A DNA stretch of 64,000 bases from sequence record NC_105825.1. One strand, given 5' to 3'. Of the stretch, positions 55,945 to 64,000 are shown one piece after another. The DNA comes from Escherichia phage ECOP18. A program made the position numbers and the translations under genes. The notes below the pieces were generated by a model. It saw only the letters and a program-made list of their open reading frames with translations. It was not told the origin of the DNA and did not search any database. Within the stretch, counting starts at the first letter, position 1; each line of letters opens with the position of its first letter.

Positions 55945-56355
55945 ATGACTACTCCAACTCAGTGGACTGATGAACTGTTTGAAAAAATGTCTTCCGAATA
56001 CGTTGCTCGTATGGAGCAATTCCCAGAGGATGAACGTCCGGGTGTTAGCATGGAAATTGTTAGCGAAATCGCCCAGGAAAATGGTGTAACTCCGAACGGT
56101 TTTCGTATGAAGCTGACTAAAGCAGGTTTGTATATCAAGAAAGCTGCTGGCTCTGCTTCTAAATCTAGCGCATCTACTGGAGAAAAAGCTTCCGGTGGTT
56201 CTCGTACCTCCAAAGCCCAAGCTCATGCTGATCTTCGTTCAGCATTCTCTGATGCTGGCTTAGCACCAGATTTTCTGGATGATGCAATTATCGACAAACT
56301 GACCGGTAAAGCGGCTGCTCATATGGCAGAAGCAATCCGAGCTATCACTAAGTAA
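55945..56355 (+). CDS. hypothetical protein
   Basis: ORF track 136 aa; RBS aaggaaa. Confidence 0.55.
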   Translation: MTTPTQWTDELFEKMSSEYVARMEQFPEDERPGVSMEIVSEIAQENGVTPNGFRMKLTKAGLYIKKAAGSASKSSASTGEKASGGSRTSKAQAHADLRSAFSDAGLAPDFLDDAIIDKLTGKAAAHMAEAIRAITK

Positions 56356-56391
56356 TTTTTAGATAAATCCACCAACAAAAGGAACACAGTT

Positions 56392-56688
56392 ATGACCAAA
56401 GCTGAAATTATTGCACAATGTGAAAAATTTGGTGAGTTTTATCTTCATTACGAGAAACTTCGTCAGAAAGGAACCACGTACCTTCAGGGTACGATGGAAT
56501 TTGATCCAGCCCAGGATAAATATCTGGCTGAGCGTATTAAACGTGAACGTATTCGTAAAGCGAAAGATGATGAGATCCTTGTCTTCTCTCGTACTAATGA
56601 TAGCTTCCGTTTTATTCCTGTCGAGAAAGTCCGTCGTGTGACTAGCCTCCAGTCAGAGTTAGATCGTGCTTCTCCAGTAGGCCGATAA
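56392..56688 (+). CDS. hypothetical protein
   Basis: ORF track 98 aa; RBS aaaggaa. Confidence 0.55.
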   Translation: MTKAEIIAQCEKFGEFYLHYEKLRQKGTTYLQGTMEFDPAQDKYLAERIKRERIRKAKDDEILVFSRTNDSFRFIPVEKVRRVTSLQSELDRASPVGR

Positions 56689-56703
56689 GAAACCAATTAG
56701 CCC

Positions 56704-56731
56704 CTATATGGGGCTTTTTGTGTATTTGGGA
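56704..56731 (+). terminator. rho-independent terminator
   Basis: agcccctatatggggct hairpin followed by ttttgtgtattt. Confidence 0.6.
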
Positions 56732-56738
56732 TATGTAA

Positions 56739-57044
56739 ATGAGCGAACAGGTAAATCAAAACTATGATGGACACGTTGATGACCAGTCCATCATACTTTG
56801 GGAGAAGGAGGGAGAACAAGTAAGATTAACAGTATCTGAATTTCGTGGGAATCTATACATGGGTATTCGTTACTGGCTTCTTGATATTAATGATGAATGG
56901 TTTCCAACGAAATCTGGCTTCTCTTTTCCTTACACCCTAGAAACAACATCACAGCTTTTCTATGCGTTTACACAGATTCTTAGCGAATCTGAGGTTTTAC
57001 ATGAAGTACAGAAACGAGCTGAAGAACTCAAAGCCAAGAACTAG
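56739..57044 (+). CDS. hypothetical protein
   Basis: ORF track 101 aa. Confidence 0.5.
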   Translation: MSEQVNQNYDGHVDDQSIILWEKEGEQVRLTVSEFRGNLYMGIRYWLLDINDEWFPTKSGFSFPYTLETTSQLFYAFTQILSESEVLHEVQKRAEELKAKN

Positions 57045-57074
57045 GCATTCTTGGCTTTTTCTTTATAAATGTAT

Positions 57075-57103
57075 TTGCTTTCAACTCAGTTTTGTTATAT
57101 AAT
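57075..57103 (+). promoter_or_regulatory. early-family promoter (TTGCTT-17-TATAAT), plus strand
   Basis: Consensus hexamers and leader ATTTATATAAATTAATGAGAGGA. Confidence 0.6.
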
Positions 57104-57117
57104 ATTTATATAAATTA

Positions 57118-57333
57118 ATGAGAGGATTAATCATGGCAATGACAGTAACACTTCCCAAGATTCAAGCAAAACTTAATCTACTTTCCACAGCACGCATTAA
57201 TTATCAGGATAACATAGGCACAGTAAATCAAAAGGTGTACAAAGATGCGTTTCTGAAAGAATCTGCTGATTTGATGGATATGGTTACACAATATAATAAA
57301 GAACTCAAGATGGAAATCGCCGATGATGAATAA
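57118..57333 (+). CDS. hypothetical protein
   Basis: ORF track 71 aa. Confidence 0.5.
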   Translation: MRGLIMAMTVTLPKIQAKLNLLSTARINYQDNIGTVNQKVYKDAFLKESADLMDMVTQYNKELKMEIADDE

Positions 57334-58297
57334 TGTAAAAGACTTTATTAAGCGTTGTCAAGAAGCATATTATCAAGGCATGTCTTTAATCTCTGACGAA
57401 GAATATGATCGTCTGATTAAAAGATTTCCACTAGAAGAAGAGATCGGGCCTAAGGGTGATATTCCACACCTGTATCGTATGTATTCTTTACAGAAAGTTT
57501 ATTATAATCGTGGAGATAAACCTCCGTTTAACCCATTAGGTCAGGTGGAAACTGATAAGTTAGATGGTTGTGCGATTTCTCTGCTATATATTAATGGCGA
57601 TTTTGTTCAAGCACTAACTCGTGGTAACGGTATTTTAGGAAATGATGTCACAAGCAACGTAAGATTGCTGAACATCCCCAAAAAGATTTCCCAAAAAGTA
57701 CCTACTCAAATCACTGGTGAAGTTCTAATTACAAAAGAAGTAGAAAATAAACGTAACTTTGCCTCTGGTGCTATTAACCTCAAAGATAGCGATGATTTCG
57801 TACAACGTATCGGGGAAGGTGGTTTAATCTTCGTTGCATATGGTATCCAGTGTTCTGCTGAATCTGTAGGTATTACAGAAGCATATTTAAAAGATATGCT
57901 TTGGCTAGAGAATGAGAACTTCTTAACAGTTGTTAATGTGCGTTCCTTCTTTAAATGGATTCCGACGGACGGTAAAGTTGTCCGTATTAATGATAACAAC
58001 AAATTCTTCCGAGAAGGCTGGACTAATAAATTCCCTCGTGGAGCATTCGCTATTAAAGAGGATGAAGAAGGCGAGATTACAACCCTTACTAAAGTTGAAT
58101 GGCAGGTAGGGGCTTCTGGTAAAGTAACTCCAGTTGGTTATTTCGAACCGGTAATTATTGATGATGCTACAATTGTTAAAGCGACTCTTAATAACGTTGA
58201 TTATATTAACTCTCTTGATTTAGAGATCGGTTGCCAGATTCGAGTGATTCGTGCTGGTGGTGTAATCCCGTGCATAGTAGAGCGAGTATACGATTAA
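57323..58297 (+). CDS. NAD-dependent DNA ligase, N-terminal adenylation part
   Basis: 324 aa; KLDG lysine-adenylation motif in LigA-like context (ETDKLDGCAISLLY). Confidence 0.65.
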   Translation: MMNNVKDFIKRCQEAYYQGMSLISDEEYDRLIKRFPLEEEIGPKGDIPHLYRMYSLQKVYYNRGDKPPFNPLGQVETDKLDGCAISLLYINGDFVQALTRGNGILGNDVTSNVRLLNIPKKISQKVPTQITGEVLITKEVENKRNFASGAINLKDSDDFVQRIGEGGLIFVAYGIQCSAESVGITEAYLKDMLWLENENFLTVVNVRSFFKWIPTDGKVVRINDNNKFFREGWTNKFPRGAFAIKEDEEGEITTLTKVEWQVGASGKVTPVGYFEPVIIDDATIVKATLNNVDYINSLDLEIGCQIRVIRAGGVIPCIVERVYD

Positions 58298-58440
58298 TAC
58301 ATAACCCTTTGCTACCCATCTACCATATCGGAATTATAAAGTGGTTATTGACATTTTCGCCGCTTAGGTATATACTATTATCATTCAGTTGAGGGATAGA
58401 AAGTTATGGCGAGGGTAAGCAAAGTTAGTTAAAATTGTAG

Positions 58441-58469
58441 TTGCTAAATGCTTAAATACTTGCTATAAT
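58441..58469 (+). promoter_or_regulatory. early-family promoter (TTGCTA-17-TATAAT) between the two ligase ORFs
   Basis: Consensus hexamers. Confidence 0.6.
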
Positions 58470-58496
58470 ATTTATATAAATTGATAAGGAAGAAAT

Positions 58497-59270
58497 TTGA
58501 TGAAAATCGAAATTCCAACACAATGTCCCTCTTGTGGTTCTAAGCTAGATCTTGTCAACGGACAATTATTCTGTCGGAATAAGTCCAACTGTCCAGCGCA
58601 ATCAAGTAAGTTAATTGAGAACTTCTGTTCAAAAATGAAGTTAAAGGGCTTTGGCCCGAAAACTATTGAGAAGCTGGAGCTGACGAAGATTTCAGAACTC
58701 TTTTACCTAACCGAAGAAGATTTGGTTAGAGCCGTGGGTAGTAAGGTTGCCGCTAAGTTAATTAGCGAATTAAATACTAAAGTTCGCGGAGACATTGACT
58801 TTGGTTCAGTTCTCGGTTCTTTAGGAATCCCTCTAATTGGAGAGGTTGCAGCAAAGAAATTATCCCAAAATTGCACTAGCTTCCATGATGTGAAGGCTGA
58901 CGGCAAGGCTGGAGAAAATTATAAAGCCTGGCTAAATTCCCCACAAGGCAAGGATGTTATCGAATTACCGTGGAAATTCTCAACTGGTGCTAAAGCTAAA
59001 ACCGTCGTTACTGATGATTTAGTTGCCCAGCCAAATGGAATCGCGGTATGTATTACCGGATCTTTGCAAGATTTTGCAAATCGAACGGATGCAACAAACT
59101 ACTTAGAAGGTCTAGGATACACGGTTAAGAAATCCGTTACCAAAGACGTCAAATACCTAATCTGTGAGGATGAATCAAAACGTTCTTCCTCATCTTATAA
59201 GAAAGCCGAAACGAATGGGATAGAAATCCTGTCGATTAAAGAACTATTGGAGAAAAATAATAATGTCTAA
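58497..59270 (+). CDS. NAD-dependent DNA ligase, C-terminal part (Zn-finger/HhH/BRCT-like)
   Basis: 257 aa; Cys4 cluster CPSCGSKLDLVNGQLFCRNKSNCPAQ, then HhH-like and BRCT-like segments. Confidence 0.6.
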   Translation: MMKIEIPTQCPSCGSKLDLVNGQLFCRNKSNCPAQSSKLIENFCSKMKLKGFGPKTIEKLELTKISELFYLTEEDLVRAVGSKVAAKLISELNTKVRGDIDFGSVLGSLGIPLIGEVAAKKLSQNCTSFHDVKADGKAGENYKAWLNSPQGKDVIELPWKFSTGAKAKTVVTDDLVAQPNGIAVCITGSLQDFANRTDATNYLEGLGYTVKKSVTKDVKYLICEDESKRSSSSYKKAETNGIEILSIKELLEKNNNV

Positions 59271-60030
59271 ACTGAACTGGAACGTAGAAGGTGTAACCGA
59301 GTCTCTGAAAGCAAAAGCCACTGCTCTGGGTGTTGCTGTAATCTCTCAAGAACAAGTAGCTGCTATCGCTGCTGAACTGGCCGCTGAAACTGGCAAAGAT
59401 GTTACCGCTCGCTCTGTTGGCTCTAAACTGCGTAAAGAAGGTTTTGAAGTACAGAAAGCTAACGAAGTACAGAAATCCCCGTGGACTCCTGAGCAGGAAG
59501 CTGAACTGGTTGATTTCCTGAACGCTCATGCTGGTCAGTATACCTATGCTGAAATCGCTGCTGCTGTGGCTGGTGGTCAGTTCGGTGCTAAGCAGGTACA
59601 GGGTAAGATTCTGAGTCTGGAAATGACCGCTTCTGTTAAGCCAACCGAAAAAGCTGCTGCTGTTCGTTCCTTCACTCCAGATGAAGAAACTGATTTTGTT
59701 AATCAGGTTGTTGCTGGTGCTACTATTGAAGCTATCGCTGCTCACTTCGGTCGTAATATTAAGCAGATCCGCGGTAAAGCTCTGAGCCTGCTTCGTGAAG
59801 GTCGTATCGCTGCTATGCCGGTACAGGAAACCTCAAGTGCTAAAACTAGTGAAGATCTGTTAGAAGGTCTGGATCTGGTTAACATGACTGTTGCTGAGAT
59901 CGCTGAGAAAACTGGTAAGTCTGAGCGCGGTGTTAAATCTATGCTGTCTCGTCGTGGTCTGGTTGCTAAGGACTATGATGGTGCCGCTAAGCGTGCTAAA
60001 CTGGATGCAAAAGCTGCGGCTGCTGAATAA
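59263..60030 (+). CDS. protein with four internal HTH-like repeats (possible DNA-binding protein)
   Basis: 255 aa; repeated about 33-aa units (AAIAAELAAETGKDVTARSVGSKLRKEGFEV; AEIAAAVAGGQFGAKQVQGKILSLE; EAIAAHFGRNIKQIRGKALSLLREG; AEIAEKTGKSERGVKSMLSRRG). Confidence 0.5.
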   Translation: MSKLNWNVEGVTESLKAKATALGVAVISQEQVAAIAAELAAETGKDVTARSVGSKLRKEGFEVQKANEVQKSPWTPEQEAELVDFLNAHAGQYTYAEIAAAVAGGQFGAKQVQGKILSLEMTASVKPTEKAAAVRSFTPDEETDFVNQVVAGATIEAIAAHFGRNIKQIRGKALSLLREGRIAAMPVQETSSAKTSEDLLEGLDLVNMTVAEIAEKTGKSERGVKSMLSRRGLVAKDYDGAAKRAKLDAKAAAAE

Positions 60031-60042
60031 TCTGGTAAATTA

Positions 60043-60076
60043 AACCTAAGGGGAGGGGGCTATGCTCCTTCCCCTT
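60043..60076 (+). terminator. rho-independent terminator / attenuator
   Basis: ggggaggg...ccttcccc hairpin followed by ttttt. Confidence 0.5.
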
Positions 60077-60112
60077 TTTGCATTTAGAAGGCACGAAAGC
60101 GTGCAAAGGAGA

Positions 60113-61585
60113 ATGACCTTGTTTAACGTGCAAGCTGTAGTGTTGAAGATGCTTCTAGCTTCCGAACAGAAGCAAATAGCATTGGAAACATTCTCAAAAC
60201 TGCATAAAGATCATTTTAATGACGCTTTCTCCTCAATTTACCAAGCCGTCCAGAATTATTATAAAAAATATAACACAATGCCGTCCATTGACGCACTTAT
60301 GCTTGAAGCTAATAGGAACGCCCGCCTTTCTCAAGCTCTAGTCGTCTTAGCTAACACTCAAATTCCAGAAGTGAGCATGGAACAGGCACTTGAAGTCCTA
60401 GAGGCTGAATATACACAGGATTTATTCCTGAAGCTTCTAGAAACAGACGTGCTTCAAGATTTAACAATGCTGGATCAGGGAGAAATTCTCAACCGAGTTG
60501 CCTCCCTTCACTTAAAATTAGAAGAGAAAGTAACGAATACTGGAAAAGTATTCAACGCAGATAACATGCGTATTTTCCAGAGAGAAGAAGATACCAAACT
60601 GAACTTAATCGCTCTTGGTATTTGTAATGAGTTCGACGCTCAAATTGGTTTAGCTCGCACAGAAACGTTACTGCTTGGTGGTTGGCGTGGTACTGGTAAA
60701 TCCATTATCTGTTCAAACATACAGGTTCAGCAATATTTGAATGGAGATATTGCTCCATACTTCTCAATTGAGATGAAAGAACATGAAGTATTTAGACGTA
60801 ATCTAGCCATGTTAGCCGGGGTATCAGCACTAGCAATGCGTAATAATACTCTAGAAGGTGCAGCTCTATTGAGATTAGCCAGAACTAGAGCTAGAATGTT
60901 CAACGGTGGTGAAGAGCTTTTCGATAACTTCGTTAAACAGTATACAATGGCTAAGATGAGTGATTTCTACGATATGGAGAGTAAGCTAATAGAAGGGTAT
61001 GAACTACATACTCCTATGATTATCGTTTATGACCCTGAACTGTCCATTACAACAGTTGACGTAGAATTAAATAAATTAGTTGCTAGATATGGTGATAAAG
61101 TTACAGTAGCTTTACTGGACTATATTAACCAAACCCGACTTCCAGATTCTAAAACCATTGATATGTATGACTGGAAAGAACAGATGGTTGTTAGCTCGTC
61201 TTTCAAATCCATCTGCCAGAAACATAACGTGGCTGGCGTAGCTCCTTACCAGATCGATCAAGATGGTAGAACACGTATGTCAAAGGGGATTCTTGATTCC
61301 GCAGACATGGCTGCTAATCTTAATGCTGCAAAAGCTGATAATGGTCAAGGTGCTATTATGTTTGACTTCGTTAAGACTCGTTCTTCTGATAGCGTGAAGT
61401 TTATGCCTAAAATGAACTGGGAAACCCTGCGGATGGATAACACTACCAATCTAGCAATGGAAGATATATCTCAAATGGAAGCTGAGTTCGTTATCCCTAT
61501 TGAGAAGGATAAGCCGGCTCAACCTAAACGTGCTAAGAAAGACAAAACTGAAAATTCAACAGGTGAACAGGCCAGCGATATATGA
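60113..61585 (+). CDS. DnaB-like replicative helicase
   Basis: ORF track frame, start moved to MTLFNV with RBS aaggag; Walker A GGWRGTGKS; about 490 aa. Confidence 0.6.
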   Translation: MTLFNVQAVVLKMLLASEQKQIALETFSKLHKDHFNDAFSSIYQAVQNYYKKYNTMPSIDALMLEANRNARLSQALVVLANTQIPEVSMEQALEVLEAEYTQDLFLKLLETDVLQDLTMLDQGEILNRVASLHLKLEEKVTNTGKVFNADNMRIFQREEDTKLNLIALGICNEFDAQIGLARTETLLLGGWRGTGKSIICSNIQVQQYLNGDIAPYFSIEMKEHEVFRRNLAMLAGVSALAMRNNTLEGAALLRLARTRARMFNGGEELFDNFVKQYTMAKMSDFYDMESKLIEGYELHTPMIIVYDPELSITTVDVELNKLVARYGDKVTVALLDYINQTRLPDSKTIDMYDWKEQMVVSSSFKSICQKHNVAGVAPYQIDQDGRTRMSKGILDSADMAANLNAAKADNGQGAIMFDFVKTRSSDSVKFMPKMNWETLRMDNTTNLAMEDISQMEAEFVIPIEKDKPAQPKRAKKDKTENSTGEQASDI

Positions 61586-62472
61586 GTAGAATAACAGAAC
61601 TACTTGATCTGAAAGGCATTGAATATAAAGACACAGGTGGGGACATCCTCATCTGTTGTCTCAATCCAGATCATGACGATAAACACCCAAGTTTGCGTAT
61701 TGATCCTGAAACAGGTATTATGCACTGCTTGAGTTGTGGCTTCGGTAAAGGTATACCGAGCATTTACCATTATTTTAATGAGACTCAGTACCGACAGTCT
61801 CCAAGACTATCGCAGGTACGTAAAAAGATTTCAGAGATTAGGAATGGATCTACAAATCTTGCAATTCCTGAATCTGCTTACCTTTTCGAAGGTGATTTCC
61901 GAGGTATAAGTTCTAAGACCTTGAAGAAATATTTTGCTTTCCAACACCAAGCAGACTGGGAAGGCAGAATTGTATTCCCAATCACAGATGCTGTTGGACG
62001 CAATATCCTATTTTTGGGTCGTTCTATAAACAGTTCTGCCCCTCCTAAATACTTAGTAAAACCAAAACAAGTTTCACCACCGATTTTCCCTGTACGATAT
62101 AATACTCCAGTTCTTATTCTAGTTGAAGGTATCTTTGATATGCTGAACCTAGAGGATAATGGTATAGACTATGCTTCTTGTTGCTTTGGTACACATCAGT
62201 TTACCTCGGATAATATTGCAGATAAGTTCAGCCCTTATATTATTGCTGGTGTAAAAGTTGTTGTTATCTTACTAGATAATGATGCTTCTGGTAATAAGGC
62301 TGCACAAGCATTGGCCAAGTTAATTCGTACAAAAACGCGTTTAACACCTGTAGTTGCTAACTTTCTTCTACCCGAAGGTAAAGACCCCGGTGACTTAAAT
62401 AAAGAAGAAATTGATATGTTAGCAAAACGTATTGAAATTTTAGTTGCTGAATCGCTTAAAGATTTGGTATAA
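61582..62472 (+). CDS. DNA primase (zinc-finger plus TOPRIM)
   Basis: 296 aa; CHC2-type zinc finger (CCLNPDHDDKHPS...HCLSCG), TOPRIM E (LVEGIFD) and DxD (LLDNDASG). Confidence 0.7.
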   Translation: MSRITELLDLKGIEYKDTGGDILICCLNPDHDDKHPSLRIDPETGIMHCLSCGFGKGIPSIYHYFNETQYRQSPRLSQVRKKISEIRNGSTNLAIPESAYLFEGDFRGISSKTLKKYFAFQHQADWEGRIVFPITDAVGRNILFLGRSINSSAPPKYLVKPKQVSPPIFPVRYNTPVLILVEGIFDMLNLEDNGIDYASCCFGTHQFTSDNIADKFSPYIIAGVKVVVILLDNDASGNKAAQALAKLIRTKTRLTPVVANFLLPEGKDPGDLNKEEIDMLAKRIEILVAESLKDLV

Positions 62473-62477
62473 TATAT

Positions 62478-62520
62478 TGGTAAGTTAGAGAAGAAACACT
62501 GAAGTTATACTTACTTACCA
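62478..62520 (+). promoter_or_regulatory. inverted repeat tggtaagt...acttacca in the polymerase leader
   Basis: 8-bp arms about 27 nt apart, immediately 5' of the polymerase RBS. Confidence 0.3.
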
Positions 62521-62534
62521 AGAGGAGATTAAAT

Positions 62535-64000
62535 TTGAAAATCGCAGTAGTTGATAAAGCCCTAAACAACACTCGTTACGATAAACATTTCCAGCTATAC
62601 GGCGAGGAAGTTGATGTATTCCATATGTGTAATGAGAAGTTATCTGGTCGTTTGCTTAAAAAGCACATTACTATTGGAACACCAGAAAACCCATTTGATC
62701 CGAATGATTACGATTTTGTTATACTAGTAGGTGCTGAACCTTTCCTGTATTTCGCAGGTAAGAAAGGCATTGGTGACTATACTGGTAAACGTGTAGAGTA
62801 TAATGGATATGCTAACTGGATTGCGAGTATCAGCCCAGCCCAGTTACACTTTAAACCTGAAATGAAACCAGTTTTCGATGCAACAGTAGAAAATATCCAC
62901 GATATTATCAATGGTCGTGAGAAGGTTGCAAAAGCTGGTGATTACCGTCCTATTACTGACCCTGACGAGGCGGAAGAATATATCAAGATGGTGTATAATA
63001 TGGTTATCGGACCTGTCGCATTCGACTCCGAAACCTCAGCACTATACTGTCGAGATGGTTATCTGCTTGGTGTTTCTATGTCTCACCAAGAGTATCAGGG
63101 TGTATATATCGATTCTGATTGTCTCACAGAGGTTGCAGTATATTATCTCCAGAAAATTCTGGATAGTGAAAACCACACTATTGTTTTTCACAACCTGAAG
63201 TTTGATATGCACTTTTATAAGTACCATCTGGGACTTACTTTTGATAAAGCGCATAAAGAACGCAGGCTCCATGATACTATGTTGCAGCATTATGTTCTAG
63301 ATGAACGTCGTGGTACTCATGGCTTGAAATCTCTAGCAATGAAGTATACCGATATGGGTGACTATGACTTCGAACTAGATAAGTTCAAAGAGGATTACTG
63401 CAAAGCACATAAAATCAAGAAAGAAGATTTCACCTATGATTTAATTCCGTTTGATATTATGTGGCCTTACGCTGCGAAAGATACCGATGCTACCATACGT
63501 TTGCACAACTTCTTCTTACCAAAAATTGAGAAGAATGAAAAACTTTGTAGTCTGTATTATGATGTCCTAATGCCTGGTTGTGTATTTCTCCAGCGTGTTG
63601 AGGATCGTGGTGTACCTATTTCTATTGATCGTTTAAAAGAAGCTCAGTACCAGTTAACCCATAATCTGAATAAAGCTCGTGAAAAACTGTATACTTATCC
63701 AGAAGTCGTTCAGCTAGAGAAAGATCATAACGAAGCGTTTAACCCAAACTCTGTTAAACAACTCCGTGTTCTTCTGTTTGATTATGTTGGCTTAACTCCA
63801 ACAGGTAAATTGACGGATACTGGAGCAGATTCTACAGATGCAGAAGCTCTGAACGAATTGTCTACGCAGCATCCAATTGCTAAGACTCTACTAGAGATTC
63901 GTAAGCTAACTAAGCTGATCTCTACTTATGTTGAGAAGATTCTTCTGAGTATTGATGCAGATGGTTGCATTCGTACTGGTTTCCACGAACATATGACTAC
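62535..64000 (+). CDS. DNA polymerase, family A (5' part; runs past the window end)
   Basis: Hand-translated from TTG start after RBS agaggag (LKIAVVDKALNN...); 3'-5' exonuclease-like FDSETSALY motif; frame stays open to 64000. Confidence 0.7.
   Translation, partial: MKIAVVDKALNNTRYDKHFQLYGEEVDVFHMCNEKLSGRLLKKHITIGTPENPFDPNDYDFVILVGAEPFLYFAGKKGIGDYTGKRVEYNGYANWIASISPAQLHFKPEMKPVFDATVENIHDIINGREKVAKAGDYRPITDPDEAEEYIKMVYNMVIGPVAFDSETSALYCRDGYLLGVSMSHQEYQGVYIDSDCLTEVAVYYLQKILDSENHTIVFHNLKFDMHFYKYHLGLTFDKAHKERRLHDTMLQHYVLDERRGTHGLKSLAMKYTDMGDYDFELDKFKEDYCKAHKIKKEDFTYDLIPFDIMWPYAAKDTDATIRLHNFFLPKIEKNEKLCSLYYDVLMPGCVFLQRVEDRGVPISIDRLKEAQYQLTHNLNKAREKLYTYPEVVQLEKDHNEAFNPNSVKQLRVLLFDYVGLTPTGKLTDTGADSTDAEALNELSTQHPIAKTLLEIRKLTKLISTYVEKILLSIDADGCIRTGFHEHMT

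Noticed and set aside
59236-59745. 169-aa minus-strand ORF
   Set aside because: Antisense to the HTH-repeat protein in a uniformly plus-strand block; Ser/Phe-rich low-complexity translation.
1-64000. Integrase, transposase or attachment sites indicating a prophage or transposon
   Set aside because: No recombinase-like ORF found; the only mobile-element signatures are two free-standing HNH endonuclease genes.

Overview
This window reads as the early region of a T5-like (Tequintavirus-type) virulent coliphage; that identification is from memory of T5 gene content, not from any search. Layout: (1) 1-2360, small plus-strand ORFs with their own RBSs, probably the end of the pre-early block; (2) 2365-3700, a non-coding repeat region with two DnaA-box-like 9-mers, perfect palindromes, an 8-copy 15-bp iteron-like array and a 69-bp tandem duplication, resembling the injection-stop region described for T5; (3) 4078-45388, a long minus-strand early block driven by at least 21 near-identical sigma70-type promoters, encoding a homing endonuclease, two phosphoesterases, thioredoxin, endolysin and holin, ClpP-like protease, dNMP kinase, a GrcA-like glycyl-radical protein, a cluster of about 23 tRNA genes plus tRNA-like fragments, and a nucleotide-metabolism module (RNase H, ThyA, DHFR, NrdB, NrdA, PhoH); (4) 45732-64000, a plus-strand block with NrdD, a Sir2-like protein, a HAD-like protein, a tandem paralog pair, a second HNH endonuclease, a large SF2 helicase, a split NAD-dependent DNA ligase, DnaB-like helicase, primase and the 5' part of a family-A DNA polymerase. 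The most unusual element is a plus-strand island (29695-31466) inside the minus-strand tRNA region, with its own promoter and terminator and three low-complexity proteins, next to an SPFH protein. All coordinates, tRNA folds and motif calls were made by eye; tRNA ends may be off by 1-2 nt and CDS starts were adjusted by hand where the ORF track ran into a promoter.
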